A stretch of 32,000 nt of DNA, from positions 8,201 through 40,200 of the forward strand of contig CAKUIA010000021.1 of assembly GCA_934660865.1 (NCBI GenBank), given 5' to 3'. The stretch is from an uncultured Opitutales bacterium (GTDB lineage Bacteria > Verrucomicrobiota > Verrucomicrobiia > Opitutales > Intestinicryptomonadaceae). Position numbers and translations under genes: made by a program. This document shows positions 9,217-15,506 of the stretch, in pieces; positions within the stretch are counted from its first letter, which is position 1, and each line of letters opens with the position of its first letter. The notes below the pieces were generated by a model that was not told the origin of the DNA, ran no database searches, and was given only the letters and a program-made list of their open reading frames with translations.

Positions 9217-9921
9217 TTACCTGCGTTTTTCTATATCCCAAAAAATTTTCGCATTTTTGGCAAACTGCTCGTCGGATACGCTTAGGTAAAGCTCGGCTAC
9301 GTCAATCAAATTTTGGCTTATGTTGCAGCTTTCGCCGAACTCTTTGCCCATTTCGCGGAAGGCCGCAAATATTTTTTTTACCCTTAAAGACGTTTGTGAT
9401 TTTTCGCCCAAAAGCGGGGCTTCGCCTCGGCGTATGTTTGCAATGTAGTTTAGGTTTAGCGCGCTTGCAATGCTTGAATATGTTTGGCTTATTACGCCAA
9501 ACGCCGAGTTTTTGCGGCCCAATGCGCAGCTTATGGTAATGAATTTTTTGCCCTTTAACGCCGTTGAATTTTCTACCGCATTGTTTTGCGCGTTAAATGT
9601 ATACCCGTCTATTAACGGGAAGCACCTGTCGAAGAATATTTTTACAAGCGAACTTGTAGAATAAAAATATACCGGGCTTATGCACACAACGGCATCGCAC
9701 TCTTTTAAAAGCTGCAAAAGCTTTTGCATATTGTCGTTTTGAACGCATTTGTCCGTTTTTACGCACGCAAAACAGCCTTTGCAGGGCGCAATGTTTTGGG
9801 CGGCCAAATCTATGTCGAAAATTTCGGCGTTGGCCTCTGTTAAGCCCTCTTTAAACAGGTTGCCCAGCTTTTCGCACAGGCCCGTTTTGCGGGGGTTGCC
9901 CCTTAAAATTAAAACTTTCAT
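9217..9921 (-). CDS. Iron-sulfur flavoprotein (Isf)-like NADPH-dependent FMN reductase family protein
   Basis: 234 aa. Flavodoxin-like start MKVLILRGNPRKTG. Compact cysteine motif CKGCFACVKTDKC (C-x2-C-x2-C-x5-C), as in Isf-type 4Fe-4S flavoproteins. ATGA overlap with fabZ. Confidence 0.6.
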   Translation of the reverse strand: MKVLILRGNPRKTGLCEKLGNLFKEGLTEANAEIFDIDLAAQNIAPCKGCFACVKTDKCVQNDNMQKLLQLLKECDAVVCISPVYFYSTSSLVKIFFDRCFPLIDGYTFNAQNNAVENSTALKGKKFITISCALGRKNSAFGVISQTYSSIASALNLNYIANIRRGEAPLLGEKSQTSLRVKKIFAAFREMGKEFGESCNISQNLIDVAELYLSVSDEQFAKNAKIFWDIEKRR

Positions 9922-10343
9922 TGCGCGTTTTTTGCGGCCGCCAAAACAATGGTGCCCTCTGCGATTTTGTCGGTACCTACACAGGCCGTGGCCGAAAATT
10001 GGAAAAGCCCGTTAAAGCTGCGCACAATCTTGGCACAAAGCCTTAATGTGTCGGGCGGGCGGGCAACCTTTAAATATTTCATATTTGCCGAGGCCAAATA
10101 AAACATTTTGTTTTGCGGGGCATTTTTTAACGCAAGCAAAATTCCGCCGGTTTGGGCAAGGGCTTCGCAGGTAAGCACCCCTGGCATAATGGGTTGACCG
10201 GGGAAATGCCCCTTAAAAAACGGCAGGCTTTCGTCTAAAAACAATTCGCATTCTATTTGCGTGTCGGTGTGCGAAACAACTTTGTCGACCATCAAAAAGG
10301 GTTCTCTGTGCAAAAGCAGCTTTTTTATTTCTTCTTTGTCCAT
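9918..10343 (-). CDS. fabZ: 3-hydroxyacyl-ACP dehydratase, FabZ type
   Basis: 141 aa. LLHREPFLMVDKV, FKGHFPGQPIMPGVL (catalytic His) and EALAQTG motifs. Confidence 0.85.
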   Translation of the reverse strand: MDKEEIKKLLLHREPFLMVDKVVSHTDTQIECELFLDESLPFFKGHFPGQPIMPGVLTCEALAQTGGILLALKNAPQNKMFYLASANMKYLKVARPPDTLRLCAKIVRSFNGLFQFSATACVGTDKIAEGTIVLAAAKNAQ

Positions 10344-10348
10344 TGCGT

Positions 10349-11128
10349 TTATCCGTTGTTTGAATTTGCGTCTATGCTTTTTAGGTTGCGGTAAATTTCG
10401 TTGTAGGCCTTTGCCGAAATTGCGTCGGCATTGCGGCAGTTTTGCGGGTTTATGGGTTCGCCTATGCAGATTGTAAGCGTTTGCATAAATTTTGGGCGGA
10501 AGCTTTTTTGCCCCTTTGCCATAAATTTGTCGCTAAAGCGGATTGTGCAGGTTCCCACCGTTTTGTTCAGCTCTTTTGCAAGCTTAAAAGCCGATTTTTT
10601 AAAGTCTGCAAGCCGGCATGTGCGGCTGCGCTGGCCTTCGGGGAATACTATAAGGCGGTGGTTTCCGTTTAAAACTTCGGCGCATTTTTTGTATGCGTTT
10701 TGCACCGACAAAATATCGTCTTTCGAAATCGAAACGAAATTGAATATGTAAAAGAAAATCAAAATGAACGGGTTTCTTTTGTATTTTGTCTTTACCAAAA
10801 TTCCCGCGTCGCCTATCAGGGCCAGCATTATAAACGGGTCTATAAAGGAGGTGTGGTTTGCAACGTAAATGTCGGCTTTGTTAATGTTTTCTTTGCCGCA
10901 AATTTTTACGGTATACCCGCCCATTTTGGGCAGCGCAAAAAATACATAAACGGCCATTGCGGTTTGTATTATTGCCGAAATTGCCCTGCAGCGCAGGTTT
11001 TTATTGAAAAACAAAACAATATACGCCAAAACCGACGCCAAAACGGCGGGTATCGCCAAAATGCCGAATACAACAAAGCCCATGCAAAACCAAAGCGAAC
11101 AGAAAAATTCTTTTATATTTTTGGGCAT
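10349..11128 (-). CDS. PlsC-type (1-acylglycerol-3-phosphate O-acyltransferase family) membrane acyltransferase, cluster-specific paralog
   Basis: 259 aa. N-terminal TM segments, the H-x4-D box ANHTSFIDP and the FPEGQRS box. 5 nt from fabZ, and overlapped by the upstream gene by 16 nt. Confidence 0.8.
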   Translation of the reverse strand: MPKNIKEFFCSLWFCMGFVVFGILAIPAVLASVLAYIVLFFNKNLRCRAISAIIQTAMAVYVFFALPKMGGYTVKICGKENINKADIYVANHTSFIDPFIMLALIGDAGILVKTKYKRNPFILIFFYIFNFVSISKDDILSVQNAYKKCAEVLNGNHRLIVFPEGQRSRTCRLADFKKSAFKLAKELNKTVGTCTIRFSDKFMAKGQKSFRPKFMQTLTICIGEPINPQNCRNADAISAKAYNEIYRNLKSIDANSNNG

Positions 11129-11748
11129 TTTTTCCTTAAAATTACATAGGTTGCAATCAGCGCAAAAACAAGGGCAATGACAATTAAAAATTTCTCCCTA
11201 AAAGCCGCGTTAAAAATCAAAATCATTGCAAGTGCGATAAGCCCCTGCACGCAAATGTTTACGGTAAGGTATGTAAAAATTTGCGCCTTTTTCGATAGCG
11301 AAGCTAATATCAGATTCTGCGCAAAGTAGGGAACCCCCGGGATGGCCCTTATAAAGAAGTTAAGCTTAAAGTATATGGCGTCTTCGGCATGCCGCGGCAG
11401 AAATTTGTTTTTAAGCTCTTTTACATAGGGCAGTTCCGAAAACACATTGCCTATAAAAAAGCCTATAAGCGAGCTTGTGAAAAGCCCTATAATGCAAAGC
11501 AAAAAGGCTTTTGGCAACGTATATGCGCTTGCCGCAAATACATAGCAAAACGAAAGCGGCACGCCCACGGCGCACCCTATACCCATAACGGGCAAAAAAA
11601 CGTATGCGGCGGAATTGTTTTTTGCAAATTCTTCGAACGCCCCGACAATTTGCGCAAAGCCCCAAAAATATTGAACGGACAACGCCGCCAATATTACGAG
11701 TACTACCTTTGCATATTTAAAAAACATTTGCCGATTATAGTAGGGCAT
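11113..11748 (-). CDS. Polytopic membrane protein, TVP38/TMEM64 (DedA/SNARE-associated-like) family candidate
   Basis: 211 aa with about 5-6 hydrophobic helices. Size and glycine-rich helix pattern (LIGFFIGNVF) are consistent with the TVP38 family. First gene of the 11748->9217 operon. The family call is tentative. Confidence 0.45.
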   Translation of the reverse strand: MPYYNRQMFFKYAKVVLVILAALSVQYFWGFAQIVGAFEEFAKNNSAAYVFLPVMGIGCAVGVPLSFCYVFAASAYTLPKAFLLCIIGLFTSSLIGFFIGNVFSELPYVKELKNKFLPRHAEDAIYFKLNFFIRAIPGVPYFAQNLILASLSKKAQIFTYLTVNICVQGLIALAMILIFNAAFREKFLIVIALVFALIATYVILRKKCPKI

Positions 11749-11827
11749 TTGCTCTTTCTATCAAGAAAATACAAAGTTAAAAATGGTTGTAAATTTTTGC
11801 GGCCAATGGCAATGTTGGGGCAATTAT

Positions 11828-12742
11828 ATGAATGTTGTATACTACAAGGTTTTGGCAAAAGACGCGTTTTCGCCCACAACGCAGTTCGACTATTCCCCCT
11901 ATCTGCCGCAAAACGGCAAGGCCGGCAAATGGCTGCCCGAAATAGAAAAGGCGCAAATAAGGAAAGCAGGCTACTACGTTTCGCGCTACTGGAATATGTG
12001 GTACGAAGACGGCTGCAGAATATACGAAGTAGAGTGCAAAGGCCTTTTGCTTGGCGACGAAAACGGCGTAGAAAAACAGGCATGCTGTGCGCAAATAAGG
12101 CTGCTTAAAGACGTAACCGAAAGCCTTGTGGGCTTTCTCGACTTGTCGGCTTTTGGCGAATCGGGAAACCCCCGCTTTAACACTGGCCCAGGCAACACGG
12201 GGTTGCGCAACACGGGTTCGTACAACAGCGGCAATTTTAATACGGGCAGCCGCAACACTGGCAACCTAAACAGCGGCGACTTTAACACGGGCGACAACAA
12301 CACAGGCATAGACAATGTAGGCGACAACAACATAGGCAGCGCCAACAGCGGGTGTTCGAACATAGGCCATTCAAACAGCGGCAATTTCAACAAGGGCAGC
12401 TACAACACGGGCAAATGCAACACGGGGCACTGCAATACGGGCAGCTTTAATTTTGGCAATTCAAACGTGGGCAAATGGAATGTGGGCAACTACCATTGCG
12501 GATTTTTTAATACAAAAGAAGCCCCCATAATGATGTTCAACAAGCCCGCAAGCGTTAAAATAAGCGAGGTAAAAATGCCGCTTTTTTTGAACGAAAAAGA
12601 CTGCAAAGCCGCCTTTGAAAAAACGACAACAAAAGACATTCAAGACGCTCTGGCATTGCCGAATTTCGATTTTGAAATATTCGGGGAAATTACGGGAATT
12701 TCGAAAGCAGACTTCGAAAGAAGGCTCGGCACAACATTGTAG
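11828..12742 (+). CDS. N-x-G-x-x pentapeptide-repeat (predicted beta-helix) protein with unknown N- and C-terminal domains
   Basis: ORF 11783-12742; ATGs at 11783 and 11828 are both possible starts. No signal peptide. About 115-aa N-terminal domain, 22 consecutive 5-residue repeats, and about 75-aa C-terminal domain (...ALALPNFDFEIFGEITGISKADFERRLG). Followed by a strong terminator. Confidence 0.85.
   Translation: MNVVYYKVLAKDAFSPTTQFDYSPYLPQNGKAGKWLPEIEKAQIRKAGYYVSRYWNMWYEDGCRIYEVECKGLLLGDENGVEKQACCAQIRLLKDVTESLVGFLDLSAFGESGNPRFNTGPGNTGLRNTGSYNSGNFNTGSRNTGNLNSGDFNTGDNNTGIDNVGDNNIGSANSGCSNIGHSNSGNFNKGSYNTGKCNTGHCNTGSFNFGNSNVGKWNVGNYHCGFFNTKEAPIMMFNKPASVKISEVKMPLFLNEKDCKAAFEKTTTKDIQDALALPNFDFEIFGEITGISKADFERRLGTTL
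12179..12508 (+). repeat. Coding tandem repeat: 22 x 15-nt (pentapeptide) units
   Basis: NTGPG NTGLR NTGSY NSGNF NTGSR NTGNL NSGDF NTGDN NTGID NVGDN NIGSA NSGCS NIGHS NSGNF NKGSY NTGKC NTGHC NTGSF NFGNS NVGKW NVGNY HCGFF. Asn at position 1 and Gly at position 3 are invariant in 21 of 22 units. Confidence 0.9.
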
Positions 12743-12767
12743 GCCGCAAAACTTTTGCGCGCGGAAC

Positions 12768-12802
12768 AAAAAAACCGAACCCGCAAACGGATTCGGTTTT
12801 TT
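12768..12802. terminator. Bidirectional rho-independent terminator
   Basis: A-run, stem CCGAACCCG (12775-12783), loop CAAA, stem CGGATTCGG (12788-12796; 9 bp with 1 mismatch), then TTTTTT. Lies between convergent genes. Confidence 0.6.
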
Positions 12803-12821
12803 GCGTTTTTTTTAGGCTTTT

Positions 12822-14249
12822 TTAGTACCAGCCCTTGCGCATTGGCGGGTTTATAAACGAATTTATTTTTGCGGAACCGCCTTTGCATACCATATTTTCG
12901 CTGTCCCAAACAATGTTTTCGTTTGCGCGCAAAGTAAGGTTGCCTAGTTGCACAATTTCGGTAAGTTTTGCCGCAGTTTCGAAATCCGACGAGGCTTTTT
13001 TTACCTTGCCGCAAATTGCGTCTATAAAGTTTATGTGGTGGTCTTTATAGCGTATTCTCGGCTCGCTTTCGGGAACTGACATTGCAAACTTTGTCCGCTT
13101 TTTCGGGAGCACTACGGGCTTGCCGAAAAGGTGCATTGTCGGCGAATAAAGCACGCCTTCGTCGCCTATAATGAACATTCCGTCTTCGGTAGACAAATCC
13201 CTGTAGCCGCGTCCGGTATCGGTGTATTCTTTCGGCAGCTTGGGCAAAAACGACAAATCGTAGTCTTTATACGAATCCCACTTTCCGTTTTTATCGGGCT
13301 TAACAAAGCCGCTATACCACTTTAGCTTTACCTTTTGCCCCTGGTTGCTTGTGTCGAAATTGTATATAACTTCGTCCTGAAGGGGGACGGAAATTTCGGT
13401 GCCGCCGCGCTGGCGCGATGTTATCAAACTGGGCATGCCAAGCCCGAGAGCCGTGTAGGGCACGTCTATGATGTGCGCGCCGATGTCGCCCAGCGAGCCG
13501 CTGCCGTATTTGTAGACCCTGCGCCAATTAAGCGGTACAATTTCGCTTGAATAGGGGCCGAAATCTGCAACATTAAGCCATTTGTCCCAATCCAAAGTTT
13601 CGGGCACTTTTTCGCTTGGCCACTGCTTGTAGCCCATAGACGGGCGGTTGCAACCCTTTAGCGGGCGGCATGTCCACATAACAACTTCGCTTACATTGCC
13701 TATCACGCCAGCTGCAATCCATTCTTTGGCAATTCTTATGCCGTGGCCCGAATGTACCTGGTTGCCCATTTGCGTTATAACGTTTTTGGTTCTTGCAAAG
13801 TCTCTTAGCGCCCTTATTTGCCCCAAAGTGTGGCACATGGGCTTTTCGAGATAAACGTTAAAGCCGTGCTTGATTGCGCACATGGCGGCCGCAAAGTGCG
13901 AGTGGTCGGGAGTGGCTATTATAACGCCGTCCAGCTTGCCCTCCATTTGCGAAAACATTTCGCGGTAGTCGGTAAAAATTGGGGCGTTTTTTTCGGCAAG
14001 GCTTTTGCCTTTGGGTATGCCGTAGGCTTTGTCTACGTCGCAAAGGGCGGCAAAGGTTTGTCCCTTGGCTATAAAGCGGCGCATATTCTCCGAGCCCATA
14101 AGCCCCGAGCCTACAATGCCAAGTTTTAGGCGGTCTACATTCTCGTAGCCACCCGCGGTTTTTTTGCCCGCCACCGATATGTAGGGGGCCGCCAGCAGCG
14201 ATGTTGTAGCCAGTGCAATGTTTTTTATGAATTTGCGTCTCGACGACAT
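12822..14249 (-). CDS. Tat-exported Gfo/Idh/MocA-family NAD-dependent oxidoreductase (GH109-like architecture)
   Basis: 475 aa. Twin-arginine signal MSSRRKFIKNIALATTSLLAAP. Rossmann motif LGIVGSGLMGS. The EKP motif (YLEKPM) is typical of Gfo/Idh/MocA. Confidence 0.85.
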   Translation of the reverse strand: MSSRRKFIKNIALATTSLLAAPYISVAGKKTAGGYENVDRLKLGIVGSGLMGSENMRRFIAKGQTFAALCDVDKAYGIPKGKSLAEKNAPIFTDYREMFSQMEGKLDGVIIATPDHSHFAAAMCAIKHGFNVYLEKPMCHTLGQIRALRDFARTKNVITQMGNQVHSGHGIRIAKEWIAAGVIGNVSEVVMWTCRPLKGCNRPSMGYKQWPSEKVPETLDWDKWLNVADFGPYSSEIVPLNWRRVYKYGSGSLGDIGAHIIDVPYTALGLGMPSLITSRQRGGTEISVPLQDEVIYNFDTSNQGQKVKLKWYSGFVKPDKNGKWDSYKDYDLSFLPKLPKEYTDTGRGYRDLSTEDGMFIIGDEGVLYSPTMHLFGKPVVLPKKRTKFAMSVPESEPRIRYKDHHINFIDAICGKVKKASSDFETAAKLTEIVQLGNLTLRANENIVWDSENMVCKGGSAKINSFINPPMRKGWY

Positions 14250-14389
14250 ATTTTTATTTCTCCCTCGATTTGTTTTAATTGTTCGGGCGCGCTTTGTCGG
14301 GTTTTTAATGCACGCTCCGTTCGAAATTGATGTGCAAGGTTTTAATATTCGGGCAAATCGGCTTGCAACAAGAAAAGGTTTGCATTTTT

Positions 14390-14402
14390 CTTAACAGTTA
14401 AG
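14390..14402. promoter_or_regulatory. Candidate operator palindrome in divergent promoter region
   Basis: CTTAAC-A-GTTAAG, a perfect inverted repeat 26 bp upstream of the LacI-family start and inside the 178-bp divergent gap. The odd central base is atypical for LacI operators, so confidence is low. Confidence 0.25.
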
Positions 14403-14427
14403 TAAAAAGCCCGCCGTCTTTTGTTTT

Positions 14428-15462
14428 ATGCACCAAAGTTCCCGTAAAAACGTAAGCATTGCCGACATGGCCGAAAAGCTGAACCTTTCGAAAGCCGCGG
14501 TTTCCTTCGCGCTTTCTGGGTCTAATATGGTATCTAAAGCCACAAAAGAGCGCGTTTTAAAGACGGCTGCAAAAATGGGCTACCAAAAAAGCCCCTTGGT
14601 TTCGTCGCTAATGTCGTCTATAAAAAGGGGTAAAGTTTCGGCATTTTCCGAAACAGTGGCCCTTTTAATTGCCAATGCCGACAAAAACATAATAAAAAAA
14701 CACCCGACTTTGCGCGAATATAAAAGGGGCATTGAAAGCGAGGCGAAGCGTTTGGGCTATGTAGTAGACGAAATTTGGGTTTCGGACCCTCTTTTAGACT
14801 CAAAAACCCTTGCAAAAGCCCTCCGCGCGCGCGGCATAAGGGGAGGGGTTGCAGTGGGCCACTTTTTGGGCGAATTTTTCAAGCCCAAGTTTGCTCAAAT
14901 ATGGCGCAACTTTTCTTTCGTGTCGGTCGGGGTAAAAACTTCGGCGTCGTTCGGCACGGTGGTTTCCGCCGACCAATATGCCGCCAGCTATTTGGCGTTT
15001 GAAAACTGCGTTAAAAAGGGGCTAAAGCGCGTGGCCATTATTATGGAAAAGGAGGTAGACTACTTTGTAGACGGCCGTTTTATTGCGGGCTTTTTGCGCG
15101 CGCAGTTCGAGGTTGAAAAATGCAACCGCATAGAGCCTTTTACCGTTCCTTTTGCCTCGGCCGATTTCGGCGCAAAGCTAAATTCGTTCTTAAAAACGCA
15201 AAAGCCGCAGGCAATATTGTATTTGCGCGACTATGTTGGCGATTTTTTGCGCCTAAACAAAATTGTTGCCGACAATAAAATACTTTTAGTTCAGCTTGAA
15301 AACCGCCGCAAGATTACAAAAAATTGGTGCGGTATAGAGCAAAACAACTATTCGGTTGGCGTTATGGCGGTAAGAACCCTTGCCGACATTTTAAACCGCA
15401 GGGAATTTACAGGCGAAACGCCGTATGTCAGCTTTGTTTCGCCTAGCTGGTGCGAGTTTTAG
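14428..15462 (+). CDS. LacI-family transcriptional regulator
   Basis: 344 aa. N-terminal HTH VSIADMAEKLNLSKAAVSFALSG...VSKATKERVLKTAAKMGYQ, followed by a periplasmic-binding-protein-like sugar-binding core. Confidence 0.85.
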   Translation: MHQSSRKNVSIADMAEKLNLSKAAVSFALSGSNMVSKATKERVLKTAAKMGYQKSPLVSSLMSSIKRGKVSAFSETVALLIANADKNIIKKHPTLREYKRGIESEAKRLGYVVDEIWVSDPLLDSKTLAKALRARGIRGGVAVGHFLGEFFKPKFAQIWRNFSFVSVGVKTSASFGTVVSADQYAASYLAFENCVKKGLKRVAIIMEKEVDYFVDGRFIAGFLRAQFEVEKCNRIEPFTVPFASADFGAKLNSFLKTQKPQAILYLRDYVGDFLRLNKIVADNKILLVQLENRRKITKNWCGIEQNNYSVGVMAVRTLADILNRREFTGETPYVSFVSPSWCEF

Positions 15463-15506
15463 ATTTATAGTTGACGTTGTTTTTTTCGGCAAATAGCATT
15501 TTTGCC

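Noticed and set aside
12179-12508. 15-nt periodic DNA repeat, considered as a possible CRISPR-like or satellite array.
   Set aside because: The period is 15 nt with no spacers, it lies in frame within a long ORF, and conservation is at the protein level (N-x-G) rather than the nucleotide level. It is a coding pentapeptide repeat, not a CRISPR array.
11783-12742. Annotating the repeat protein as a Qnr/MfpA-type quinolone-resistance pentapeptide protein.
   Set aside because: The repeats do not follow the A(D/N)LXX consensus. There is no central Leu/Phe position, and Asn and Gly are the invariant residues. No functional transfer from Qnr or MfpA is justified.
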